A stretch of DNA of 59,987 nt, counting the filler. It is 4 parts of 4 records of this genome, joined end to end, with 100 filler letters (N's around TTAATTAATTAA, not from the genome) between each part and the next. Parts side by side here need not be neighbours in the genome. Positions count along the whole stretch, not along the records: positions 1 to 14,862 come from DRR378314_169; positions 14,963 to 36,478 come from DRR378314_170; 2 more parts are not named here. One strand, 5' to 3'. Below, in pieces: positions 10,085-19,438 of this stretch. The first letter of the stretch is position 1. Each line of letters begins with the position of its first letter. A model generated the notes under the pieces. The model searched no databases, was not told the DNA's origin, and saw only the letters and a list, made by a program, of their open reading frames with translations. A program made the translations under genes and the position numbers.

Positions 10085-11143
10085 ATGCATCGCCCCCCGT
10101 TACAGCAGAACTCTTTTCTGGCGCTGCTGGTGCTGGTCACGCTGGGCTTCTTCGTGTTGCTCAAGCCGTTCTACGCGCCCATTTTCTGGGCCTGCGCGGT
10201 GGCGGTGATTTTCTACCCCATGCAGCAGCGGCTGCTGGCCAAATGGCCCAACCGCCCTACCCTGATGGCGCTGGTCACCCTGCTGGTGTGCACCGTGATG
10301 GTGGTGATTCCGGTGCTGCTGGTGGCGGCGTCGTTCATCACTGAAGGGTTGTCCGTCTACCAGAAGCTTCAGGAAGGCCGGCTCGACCCGAGCGAGTACA
10401 TCGCCACCTTCCGGGAAGGGTTCCCGCTGGCGTACCACTGGCTGGAACGGTTCGGGGTGGATTTCTCCAACCTGGGCGATCAGGTGATGGCCGGCCTGAA
10501 GAGTGCCGGCCAGTTTCTCGGCAAACGGGCCCTGGCGGTGGGGCAGAACACCTTCCGCTTCTTCATCGATCTGGGCCTGATGCTCTACCTGACCTTCTTT
10601 CTGCTCCGCGACGGCAACAAACTGATTCAGATGTTGATCCGCGCCCTGCCGCTGGGCGACGACCGCGAGCGCATGCTGTTCAACAAATTCGCCGAAATCA
10701 CCCGCGCCACCATCAAGGGCAACCTGGTGGTGGCCGCCATTCAGGGCGCCCTGGGCGGCCTGATCTTCTGGTTCCTGGGGATTCCGGCGGCGGTGCTTTG
10801 GGGCGTGGTGATGGCGGTGCTGTCGCTGATCCCGGCGGTGGGCGCCAGCTTGATCTGGGTGCCGGTGGCGTTGTATCTGTATGCGGTGGGCGAGATTGTC
10901 GACGCGGTGATTCTGACCGCCTTCGGCGCCATCGTGATCGGTCTGGTGGACAATATCCTGCGGCCGATTCTGGTCGGCCGCGACACCAAGCTGCCGGATT
11001 ATCTGGTGCTGTTCTCCACTCTGGGAGGGCTGGCGCTGTTCGGCATCACCGGTTTCGCGCTGGGGCCGCTGCTGGCGGGCCTGTTCGTCGCCTTCTGGCA
11101 AATCTTCATCCAGGAATTCAACGTGGAACCGGGGCCCGGCTGA
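10085..11143 (+). CDS. AI-2E family transporter
   Basis: FFLLRDG, SLIPAVG, DNILRP, GFALGP motifs; multi-TM. Confidence 0.9.
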   Translation: MHRPPLQQNSFLALLVLVTLGFFVLLKPFYAPIFWACAVAVIFYPMQQRLLAKWPNRPTLMALVTLLVCTVMVVIPVLLVAASFITEGLSVYQKLQEGRLDPSEYIATFREGFPLAYHWLERFGVDFSNLGDQVMAGLKSAGQFLGKRALAVGQNTFRFFIDLGLMLYLTFFLLRDGNKLIQMLIRALPLGDDRERMLFNKFAEITRATIKGNLVVAAIQGALGGLIFWFLGIPAAVLWGVVMAVLSLIPAVGASLIWVPVALYLYAVGEIVDAVILTAFGAIVIGLVDNILRPILVGRDTKLPDYLVLFSTLGGLALFGITGFALGPLLAGLFVAFWQIFIQEFNVEPGPG

Positions 11144-11180
11144 CGGGTCCATACCTCAAGGAACGAACCAGGAGAACAAC

Positions 11181-11969
11181 ATGAACGTGGGATTCTTCGT
11201 GCCGGTGGTGGTGGCCGCCGCCCTGGCTTCCAGCTGCGACGACGAGGGTGGCCTTTTCGACTCGTTGCGCTCGGAAAGCTCGGTCTACTACTACAACCAG
11301 ATCACCAGCCAGGGCGCCGAGGATCAGAGCAACCTGACCGTGGACTTCACCGTCGAGGGCGACGAATCCGACAGCGTCGACGACGTGGGCTACTCCCGCG
11401 AGGACGAAGCCCCGGAGCTCAATGTCCGCATCGACGACGCCAACGACAACGAAGACAACAGCGTGCAGTTGCGCGGCGTCAATCAGAACGGCGCCAGCCT
11501 GTTCAGCGACCGCGCGCGGCTGGCCAACGACACCAGCTACACGGCGGTGTCCTACGGCGACACCACCACCGGCTCCATCGACGTGGGCCTGTTCCAGCAG
11601 GACCAGACCGATGTGGAAACCGGCACCGCCCGCTTCCGGGTCATCAACACGGTGAATTCCAATATTCTCAATACCTTCTCTCTGGATCTGCGCTACAACG
11701 ATTCCAGTGACGGGGAATACTTCGCCACCGACCTGACCATCGGCGAGGCCACGGATTATCAGTCCACGGACGCCGGCAGTCTGAACCTGGTGGTGGTGGA
11801 AAACGGTACCGACCCGGAGGAAGAGATCGACCGGGTGGACTGCTCGCTCAGCGGTGGCCGCGCCTATGACGTGATCCTGGCCGTCAACGATCCGCTCAAC
11901 GTGCCCACCAACGTCGACGACGCCGACGGCGAACTGGTGATCTACTGCCACCCCCACGAGCGCATCTGA
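11181..11969 (+). CDS. Acidic putative lipoprotein, DUF4397-like beta domain
   Basis: AGGAG RBS, hydrophobic leader ending LASSC, D/E/N/T-rich, ARFRVINT motif. Confidence 0.6.
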   Translation: MNVGFFVPVVVAAALASSCDDEGGLFDSLRSESSVYYYNQITSQGAEDQSNLTVDFTVEGDESDSVDDVGYSREDEAPELNVRIDDANDNEDNSVQLRGVNQNGASLFSDRARLANDTSYTAVSYGDTTTGSIDVGLFQQDQTDVETGTARFRVINTVNSNILNTFSLDLRYNDSSDGEYFATDLTIGEATDYQSTDAGSLNLVVVENGTDPEEEIDRVDCSLSGGRAYDVILAVNDPLNVPTNVDDADGELVIYCHPHERI

Positions 11970-11975
11970 TAGCAT

Positions 11976-12000
11976 TCCCCCGGTCACACACACCGGGGGA
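11976..12000 (+). terminator. Hairpin / possible terminator overlapping the next gene's RBS
   Basis: TCCCCCGGT-CACACAC-ACCGGGGGA followed by TTGTTTT. Confidence 0.55.
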
Positions 12001-12005
12001 TTGTT

Positions 12006-13115
12006 TTGCCTGCCATTCACACCCGCGAACCGGCTCTGGTTCTGCGCGCCGGGGCCCAGGCCCGGCAACACCTTCTTGAACACGGCCTGCGCGCCGAGGA
12101 TATCAGCGTGGTGCCCGGCGCCGCCGGCGGTCCCAAGGCCGTGGGCATCAGCGGCCTGGACCAGGCCATTTTCGGGCGGTTCCTGCCCGAAGCGCGGCGC
12201 CCGCGCACGCTGATCGGCGCCTCCATCGGCAGCTGGCGGTTCGCCGCCGTGGCCGGCGCCACCGACGGCGAGGACGCCGCCGCCCGCCTGCGCCGCCTGG
12301 CGGAGCTGTACAGCGCCCAGCGGTTTCCCAAAGGCATCACGCCCCGTGAAGTCACCCGCCGCTGCGCGCTGATGCTTGATGAACTGCTCGGCGACAGCGA
12401 TCCGGCGGTGCTCGACAACCCGCACTACCGACTGGTGGTGGTGGTGATCCGCAGCCGCCGCGCGATCAGCGGCGAAGGCCGCCTGGGCCTCGGCCTGGGC
12501 CTGGCCGGCGTGATCGGCGGCAACCTGCTCAGCCGCCGCGCCCTGGGCGTGTTCATGGAGCGCGGCCTGGTGTACCCCGGCGAGGCGCCGCTGCCGCTGT
12601 CGGACCTCAACGACTTCGCCACCCACCACATCGGCCTGAGCGGCGAGAACCTGCGCGCCGCGCTGCTGGCCAGCGCCGCCATTCCCATGGTGCTGGAAGG
12701 GGTGCGCGATCTGCCCGGCGGCCCCGCCGGCGTCTACCGGGACGGCGGCCTGCTGGATTACCACCTGGACCTGCCGTATCGCACCGACGACGACCTGGTG
12801 CTGTACCCGCACTTCACCAACCGGGTGGTCCCGGGCTGGTTCGACAAGCCGCTGCGCTGGCGCAACGGCAACGCCGGGCGGCTGGCGCGCACCCTGCTGG
12901 TGGCGCCGTCCGCCGATTACCTGGCGCGGCTGCCCCACGGCAAGCTGCCCGACCGCACCGATTTCAAAACCTATCTGGGCGACGACGAAGGCCGTGAGCG
13001 GTACTGGCACCAGGCCATCGACGAGAGCCGCCGCCTGGGCGACGAATTTCTTGAGCTGGTGGAGCGCGGCCGTGACGGCGGCGGCGCCCTGGCGGCCCGG
13101 CTGCAGCCCTTCTAG
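12006..13115 (+). CDS. Patatin-like phospholipase family protein
   Basis: GAAGGPK glycine loop, GASIG nucleophile elbow, DGG motif; TTG start. Confidence 0.82.
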   Translation: MPAIHTREPALVLRAGAQARQHLLEHGLRAEDISVVPGAAGGPKAVGISGLDQAIFGRFLPEARRPRTLIGASIGSWRFAAVAGATDGEDAAARLRRLAELYSAQRFPKGITPREVTRRCALMLDELLGDSDPAVLDNPHYRLVVVVIRSRRAISGEGRLGLGLGLAGVIGGNLLSRRALGVFMERGLVYPGEAPLPLSDLNDFATHHIGLSGENLRAALLASAAIPMVLEGVRDLPGGPAGVYRDGGLLDYHLDLPYRTDDDLVLYPHFTNRVVPGWFDKPLRWRNGNAGRLARTLLVAPSADYLARLPHGKLPDRTDFKTYLGDDEGRERYWHQAIDESRRLGDEFLELVERGRDGGGALAARLQPF

Positions 13116-13190
13116 CGGCGGGAAACCGGGTCGTAGTGGCGTTGTGTTAGTCTCCCGCTCCGCCGTCCCTTGGCAACGAGGAACAACCGC

Positions 13191-13487
13191 ATGAGCAAAA
13201 CGCAAAGCGTTCGCCGAAGCGCCCGGCGCGCCCACTCCACCTGGGCCCTAACCCGGGCCTTCGTGCACCAATACCAGTGGTTTCATCTGGCCATGGGGCT
13301 GCTGGGCAACACCACCTTCGTGATCGGCAGCGTGTTCTTCCTGTGGGAGTCGCTGAAACCGGCCGGGGTGTGGCTGTTCATTATCGGTTCGGTGGGCATG
13401 CTGTTGGGCAGCATCGGCGCGGCCATCGTCACCTATGAGCGCGCCAAGGGAAGGGCGCCCGGCGATGTCCAGGAAACGCCCGAATGA
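13191..13487 (+). CDS. YrhK family membrane protein
   Basis: FVIGSVFFLW...GVWLFIIGS; GAGGA RBS before the 13191 ATG. Confidence 0.8.
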   Translation: MSKTQSVRRSARRAHSTWALTRAFVHQYQWFHLAMGLLGNTTFVIGSVFFLWESLKPAGVWLFIIGSVGMLLGSIGAAIVTYERAKGRAPGDVQETPE

Positions 13488-14806
13488 CCGACGACGAGCA
13501 AACCGGCCTGTCGCGCCGGATCTGGCAGCAAACCTGGCCGATGACGCTGGGCGTATTGTCGCTGCTGGGCTTCAACCTGGTCGACAGCGTGTTCGTGGCG
13601 CGCCTGGGCACCGAGCCCCTGGCGGCCCAGTCGTTCACCTTCCCGCTGGTGTTTCTCACCATCGGCATCCAGGTGGGCATGGGCATCGCCATCGCCGCGC
13701 TGATCTCCCGCGCCATCGGCGCCGGCCAGGAGGAGCGGGCCGGACGCCTGGGCGTGCTGGTGCTCACCGGCGGCGGCGCGGTGATGGCGGCGCTGGCCCT
13801 GCTGCTGTGGGCGGTGCAGGACCCGGCGTTCGCGCTGCTCGGCGCCAGCGACCGGCTGCGCGAGGTGATCCGGCCGTTCTGGACGGTGCAGCTTTGCGCC
13901 TCCTGGGTGGGGGCGATGGCCTACTTCGGCTACAGCCTGTTCCGCGCCCACGGCAACACCCGCTTCCCCGGCACCATGATGATGGTCACCAGCCTGGTGA
14001 ACCTGGTGCTCGACCCGATTCTGATCTTCGGCCTGGGGCCGGTGCCGGCGCTGGGCCTGGAGGGCGCCGCCTGGGCGTCCCTGGCGGCGTTCTCCACCGG
14101 CGGCCTGATCACCGCCCTGGCGCTGCGCGGGCGCGGCTGGCTGGAGCGCGACGATGTGCTCCGCGAAGTGCGCGAGTCCGCCGGCCCGTTCGCCGCCATC
14201 GCCGGCCCGGCCATGATCAGCCAGCTGATGCCGCCGCTGGCGGCGATGCTCGCCACCGGCCTGGTGGCGCGGCTGGGCGAATCCGCGGTGGCCGCCTGGG
14301 GCCTCACCAGCCGCCTGGAAAGCTTCTCCATCGTGCTGGTGCTGGGCATGACCATGGCCCTGCCGCCCTGGCTGGGGCGCTGCTACGGCGGCGGCCGCTG
14401 GCAGGAAGTGGAGCGGGTGATGGCCACCGCCGCGCGCATGGTGGTGTTCTGGCAGCTCGGCCTGGGGCTGGTGCTGGCGGCGCTGGCCGCGCCCCTGGCC
14501 GGCCTGCTGGTGGAAGACGGCGCCGTGCGTGACCACCTCACCGTGCTGATCCGCTTCCTGCCGCCCAGCTACGGCCTGCTGGGCGTGTGTATGCTGGTGG
14601 TGTCCGCCAGCAACGCCCTGGGCTGGCCGGTGCGCGCCATGACCATTTCCTTCCTGCGCCTGTTCGCCTGCTACCTGCCGCTGCTGTCCCTGGGTGCCTG
14701 GCTGGGCGGCCTCACCGGCCTGGCGATCGGCGCCGCCCTCGGCAACGCCCTCGCCGGCGCCATGGCCTGGCTCGGCTACCGCCGCGCCCTCGCGGGCTCC
14801 CGGTAG
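13484..14806 (+). CDS. MATE family efflux transporter
   Basis: About 12 TM, DSVFVARLG, NLVLDPILIFG. Confidence 0.92.
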   Translation: MTDDEQTGLSRRIWQQTWPMTLGVLSLLGFNLVDSVFVARLGTEPLAAQSFTFPLVFLTIGIQVGMGIAIAALISRAIGAGQEERAGRLGVLVLTGGGAVMAALALLLWAVQDPAFALLGASDRLREVIRPFWTVQLCASWVGAMAYFGYSLFRAHGNTRFPGTMMMVTSLVNLVLDPILIFGLGPVPALGLEGAAWASLAAFSTGGLITALALRGRGWLERDDVLREVRESAGPFAAIAGPAMISQLMPPLAAMLATGLVARLGESAVAAWGLTSRLESFSIVLVLGMTMALPPWLGRCYGGGRWQEVERVMATAARMVVFWQLGLGLVLAALAAPLAGLLVEDGAVRDHLTVLIRFLPPSYGLLGVCMLVVSASNALGWPVRAMTISFLRLFACYLPLLSLGAWLGGLTGLAIGAALGNALAGAMAWLGYRRALAGSR

Positions 14807-14837
14807 CCATGTATGGGCGGCCTGTGCGAGCGGGCTT

Positions 14838-14861
14838 GTGGGAGCGGGCCCAGCCCGCGAA
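14838..14861 (+). repeat. GTGG-type REP palindrome at contig end
   Basis: GTGGGAGCGGGCCCAGCCCGCGAA, preceded by a partial copy GTGCGAGCGGGCTT. Confidence 0.7.
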
Positions 14862-14862
14862 A

Positions 14863-14962
14863 NNNNNNNNNNNNNNNNNNNNNNNNNNNNNNNNNNNNNN
14901 NNNNNNTTAATTAATTAANNNNNNNNNNNNNNNNNNNNNNNNNNNNNNNNNNNNNNNNNNNN
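14863..14962. other. Artificial contig linker
   Basis: N44-TTAATTAATTAA-N44. Confidence 0.99.
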
Positions 14963-15688
14963 GAACTTGGCCGCGTGATAGCCCACGTTGCCGAGACCCT
15001 GCACGATGACGCGTTTGCCATCGAGGGTGCCGGAGAGACCGGCCTTGGCCTTGTCTTCCTCGTAGCGGAAGAATTCCTGCAGCGCGTATTGCACGCCGCG
15101 GCCCGTGGCCTCGACCCGGCCAGCGATGCCGCCCGCGTTGAGCGGCTTACCGGTGACACAGGCGCGGGAGTTGATGTCGGTGGTGTTCATGCGGGCGTAT
15201 TGGTCCGCAATCCACGCCATCTCGCGCTCGCCGGTGCCCATGTCGGGCGCGGGCACGTTCTGCGAGGGGTTGATCAGGTCGCGCTTGGCCAGCTCATAGG
15301 CAAAGCGGCGGGTGATCAGCTCCAGCTCGTGTTCTTCGTACTGGCGGGGGTCGATGCGCAGACCGCCCTTGGACCCACCAAAGGGTGCTTCGACCAGGGC
15401 ACATTTGTAGGTCATCAGCGCCGCCAGCGCCTCAACCTCGTCCTGGTTCACGCCCATGGCGTAGCGGATGCCGCCCTTGACCGGTTCCATATGTTCGGAA
15501 TGGACCGAACGATAGCCGGTGAACGTGTGCATCTGGCCGCGCAGGCGGACCCCGAAACGCACCGTGTAGGTGGCGTTACAGACGCGGATTTTCTCCTCCA
15601 GCCCGGGCGGCAGGTCCATCAGCGCCACCGCGCGGTTGAACATGAGATCCACACTTTCGCGGAAGCTGGGTTCTTTGAGGTTGGTCAT
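14963..15688 (-). CDS. gdhA: Glu/Leu/Phe/Val dehydrogenase (glutamate dehydrogenase), 5' part truncated by contig end
   Basis: PVKGGIRY, MTYKCA, PFGGSKGG, VPAPDMGT, ATGRGV, QGLGNVG. Confidence 0.9.
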
Positions 15689-16061
15689 GGGATAATCCCC
15701 GTCCTTCTGAAACGACTCAAGTGAGTATGCCCCCCCATCTATGCAGAGAACGTTACCGACTGCGACCGTTTATCCCCGGAAATTGCACAAAAAACTGGCA
15801 GTTTAAGAACGTTAGCGATCACGAATCGTTCAGAGCGGGCCTGCGCGTGGTCCGAACCGCGATTGTTTCCAAGCGTGGAACAACCGCGACAGCCGGGCTC
15901 GGATTAAGATCAAAATTTCAAAAGAAGCGCCAAGTTAGGCGTGGTTCCGCCCAAGTTCAGCCATCTTCATCAACAAAAATTAAGGGAATATTCATGTCCA
16001 CAAGTGCCCAGGCCCCAGACGTCTGAGTCTGCGCATACCGGACCGAAGGAACGAATGAACT

Positions 16062-17771
16062 ATGAAGGTAAACTTCTGGAATTCATCTGCTCTGACCGGA
16101 CCGCAATCGCGTTCGGGTCTGATGTGCCGACTGAAGCGCTTTCGTGAAGACGAAAGCGGGGTGCTGGCAAAGCCGATGGTCGCGACGCTGTTGCTCATGC
16201 TTGCTGTGGCCGGGATCGGCATGGATGTCGTGCGCCTGGAACGGGATCGCACCGAATTGCAATATACGCTTGACCGCTCCGTGCTGGCGGCGGCCGACCT
16301 GGATCAGCCGCTGGATGCCAAAGAGGTGGTGATCGACTACATGACCAAATCCGGTCTCGGCGAATATACCACCGCCGTGGACGCCGAGGTCTCGGTCTCG
16401 TCCCGACGCGTTTCCGCAAGCGTGGACGCGGACTTTGATCCCTATTGGATGAAATTCGCCGGCTACGAGAGCGCGCTGCCGCTGAACGCCGCCGCCACTG
16501 CGATCGAAAGCATCGGCAATGTGGAAATCTCACTGGTGCTCGACGTGTCCGGCTCGATGCGCAACAATTCCCGTCTGGTGAACCTGAAACAGGCTGCCAA
16601 GGAGTTCGTCCAGACCATGGACGAGAACACCGAAGACGGCAATATGACGATCTCCATCGTGCCCTATTCGACGCAGGTGTCGATGCCCGAGGCCTTTCTC
16701 GACCGTATGCAGGTCAGCGGTGAGAACCGCTATTCCCATTGCCTGAACTTCGGCCAGTCCGACTACAACTCCGCGAGCCTTGATCTGCAGCAGACCTACC
16801 AGCGCGCGATGCATTTCACGATCTGGAACAGCGGTGATTATCGCGACCGAAACGAACATGTGCGCCAACCCACCTGCGCCTCGCATGATGACAACCCGGA
16901 GCGCACGGCGCTTTTGATGTCGGACAATGTTGCGCAGTTGCAGACTTACATTGATCGCTTCAGCCCCTCCGAGAACACATCCATCGACCTGGGCATGAAA
17001 TGGGGCACCGCGCTGCTGGATCCATCTGTGCAGCCGATCATCGCGCAGCTTGCCGACAGTGAGAACCCGAACCAGTCGATCAACTCGATCTACGCCGACC
17101 GCCCGGTGGCATACTCGGACACCGAAACGCTGAAGGTGATCGTGATGATGACCGACGGGCAGAACACCTCGCAATACTACGTCAACAACAGCTATCGCGA
17201 TGGCCTGTCGACGGTCTGGTATAATGAAGACGCCGACGTCTACTCCACGTATAATCCCAACCGCAGCTACGATAGGTTCTTTTGGGACCACACCGGAACA
17301 TGGGAAGATCATGCCTATGGGAACGGAACCTATGAGGAGACCACCTGCACCGGCACCATTTACTATGGCAGGTGCTATTACGGGTCCTGGCAGACCAGGA
17401 CCGTAGAAGAGCCGGGCCAGGCAGAAGAACTGACCTACAACGAGCTCTTCGCCGACACCTCGCTGAAGTATGTCTACAACAGGCTCTTCGGCGACTGGAT
17501 GAACAACGCCAGATACTACTGGTATGACCGCATCTATTCCTACGTCGGCTCAAACAGCAAAGATTCCCGCACGTTGGCGGTATGCGACGCGGCCAAGGAA
17601 GAGGGTATCGTCGTCTTCACGATCGGTTTCGAGGCACCCTGGCGCGGCCAGCAGGTCTTGCAGCAATGTGCAAGCTCCGCCTCGCATTACTATGACGTGG
17701 ATGGGTTGGAGATCTCGGATGCCTTTGCGTCCATCGCCACCGCCATCCGCCAGCTGAGGTTGACGGAATGA
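16062..17771 (+). CDS. tadG: TadG-like pilus protein (Tad N-terminus + vWA domain)
   Basis: FREDESG prepilin-like site, LQYTLDRSVLAAA, MIDAS DVSGSM, MTDG, C-terminal VFTIGFEAP...LRLTE; start uncertain. Confidence 0.85.
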   Translation: MKVNFWNSSALTGPQSRSGLMCRLKRFREDESGVLAKPMVATLLLMLAVAGIGMDVVRLERDRTELQYTLDRSVLAAADLDQPLDAKEVVIDYMTKSGLGEYTTAVDAEVSVSSRRVSASVDADFDPYWMKFAGYESALPLNAAATAIESIGNVEISLVLDVSGSMRNNSRLVNLKQAAKEFVQTMDENTEDGNMTISIVPYSTQVSMPEAFLDRMQVSGENRYSHCLNFGQSDYNSASLDLQQTYQRAMHFTIWNSGDYRDRNEHVRQPTCASHDDNPERTALLMSDNVAQLQTYIDRFSPSENTSIDLGMKWGTALLDPSVQPIIAQLADSENPNQSINSIYADRPVAYSDTETLKVIVMMTDGQNTSQYYVNNSYRDGLSTVWYNEDADVYSTYNPNRSYDRFFWDHTGTWEDHAYGNGTYEETTCTGTIYYGRCYYGSWQTRTVEEPGQAEELTYNELFADTSLKYVYNRLFGDWMNNARYYWYDRIYSYVGSNSKDSRTLAVCDAAKEEGIVVFTIGFEAPWRGQQVLQQCASSASHYYDVDGLEISDAFASIATAIRQLRLTE

Positions 17772-18310
17772 TGAAATGGCCAAATCCCATAAAAACCCTG
17801 CGGGCCTTCCGCCGCAACGAGGACGGCAACGCAACGGTCGAGTTTGCCGTGTTGTTCCCGCTGATGCTGATGATCCTGTTTGCCACGGTCGAACTGGGCA
17901 TGATCACCCTGCGTCAGGTCATGCTGGACCGCGCCATGGATATGACGGTGCGCGATATTCGCCTCGGAACGGGTGGAAACATGCAGCACGACGACATTCG
18001 TGACCGCATCTGCGACCGCACCGGCATGATCGACGATTGCGCGGTGTCGCTGAAGCTGGAGATGGTCCAGCTGGACCCGTTCAATTGGTCCGGTGTCACG
18101 TCGGTCCCGGATTGCGTGGACTCGATCGAGCAGGTCGACCCGGTCAACACCTTCGTCAATGGCGCATCCAACGATCTGATGTTCCTGCGCGCCTGCATGA
18201 GCTTTGATCCGCTGTTCCCGCTCTGGGGCCTGGGCGGCAGCATGCAGAAAGATGATGACGGGCGGGTCCGCCTGTTTGCCTCCAGCGCCTTTGTTCAGGA
18301 GCCAAAGTAA
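17768..18310 (+). CDS. tadE: TadE family pseudopilin
   Basis: FRRNEDG-NATVEFAVLFP pilin motif. Confidence 0.88.
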   Translation: MMKWPNPIKTLRAFRRNEDGNATVEFAVLFPLMLMILFATVELGMITLRQVMLDRAMDMTVRDIRLGTGGNMQHDDIRDRICDRTGMIDDCAVSLKLEMVQLDPFNWSGVTSVPDCVDSIEQVDPVNTFVNGASNDLMFLRACMSFDPLFPLWGLGGSMQKDDDGRVRLFASSAFVQEPK

Positions 18311-18313
18311 GCC

Positions 18314-18922
18314 ATGTTCAAGATGCTATCAGATACCCTGCGTCGATTTCGGCACCGCGAAGACGGCAATATCGCGATCGAAACCGCAATTTACCTGCCC
18401 TTCCTGCTGGGCGTCTTTGCCGTCACCTTTACCCTGTTCGACCTGTTCCGGCAGGAAACCGTGAACACCAAGGCCGCCTATACGGTCTCCGACCTCATCT
18501 CGCGTGAAACCACCGCGCTGAACGACGAATACATCAACAGCATCTACACGCTGGGGCGGATGATGGCGCGCGCCGACTCTGGCATGTCGATGCGGGTCTC
18601 GGTGATCCGCTGGGACGCGGATGATGCGCGCTATTATGTGGACTGGTCCGTGGAACGCGGCGCGCAGATGGACATCTGGACCGACGCGACGGTGGTCGAC
18701 ATCGAGGACAAGCTGCCGACGATGCCGGATGAGGAACGGATCATCGTTGTCGAAACCTGGAATGACGTGGAACCGGCGTTCAATGTGGGTCTTGGCACAC
18801 GCAATATCTACAATCTCGTCTTCTCCCGCCCGCGCTTTGCCTCGCAGATCGCCTTTGAGGGATCTGTGGTCAGCGATGGCACCATCCATGACGACGAGGT
18901 GGTCGACAACGCAGAGAGTTAA
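18314..18922 (+). CDS. TadE/TadF family pseudopilin
   Basis: FRHREDG-NIAIETAIYLP, KAAYTVSDLISRE, SRPRF. Confidence 0.85.
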   Translation: MFKMLSDTLRRFRHREDGNIAIETAIYLPFLLGVFAVTFTLFDLFRQETVNTKAAYTVSDLISRETTALNDEYINSIYTLGRMMARADSGMSMRVSVIRWDADDARYYVDWSVERGAQMDIWTDATVVDIEDKLPTMPDEERIIVVETWNDVEPAFNVGLGTRNIYNLVFSRPRFASQIAFEGSVVSDGTIHDDEVVDNAES

Positions 18923-18960
18923 GAGCAGACCGCCGGTGTTGCTGCAACGGCGGTCTGTCC

Positions 18961-19007
18961 GGCCTCAGCCCGGCCGTGATCATCACGCGTCGGGCTGAGG
19001 CCTTTTT
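18961..19007 (+). terminator. Terminator of the tad operon overlapping the convergent gene end
   Basis: GGCCTCAGCCCG...CGGGCTGAGGCC-TTTTT; a second hairpin at 18926-18957. Confidence 0.6.
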
Positions 19008-19438
19008 GCGTCGATCACCAGATGCGGTTGCCCGTCCGACGTCTTTTCCTGGCTGAAGCCCTGAGGGCCAATCACGCCGGTGACCCGACGGCGCAGGTTC
19101 GAGAACCGCGTCGAGGTCACCACATCCACCGCCACGTCCAGATGCAGCTCCAGCCGCAGCCAGCCGGGGTGCCCCGGCGCCGGGGTGGCGCGCAGGATCC
19201 GGGCGGTGAAAGGCTGCGACAGATACCGACCCGAGACGCGCTCCCCCGGAGCAAACTGGCGCGCTTCCGCTTGGGTCAATGTGGCAACGCAGGCATTCCA
19301 GTCGCGAAACCCCAATTGTTGTGCGACATGTTCAAGCGCTGCGCTGTGGCTGTGGGCTTCGCCCTGCTGCGCCCGTTCTTGGCGCCATTCGCGCGCCGTT
19401 GCCTTCGCCTTGGCAAGGGTTGGCAAGTCCTGTCTCAT
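18983..19438 (-). CDS. Glyoxalase superfamily (Glyoxalase_8-like N-terminal domain) protein
   Basis: AKATAR...SHSAALEHVAQQLGFRDWN motif; 4-bp overlap with the MATE gene. Confidence 0.75.
   Translation of the reverse strand: MRQDLPTLAKAKATAREWRQERAQQGEAHSHSAALEHVAQQLGFRDWNACVATLTQAEARQFAPGERVSGRYLSQPFTARILRATPAPGHPGWLRLELHLDVAVDVVTSTRFSNLRRRVTGVIGPQGFSQEKTSDGQPHLVIDAKRPQPDA

Noticed and set aside
11118..13235. Long antisense ORFs (also 33987-36044, 7012-8475, 4171-5601)
   Set aside because: Typical high-GC shadow frames opposite well-supported genes
14907..14918. TTAATTAATTAA repeated in the three N-blocks
   Set aside because: Synthetic all-frame-stop linker, not biological
15994..16026. 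10-aa ORF (MSTSAQAPDV) with RBS upstream of tadG as an Flp pilin or leader peptide
   Set aside because: Too short, no pilin motif and no supporting structure
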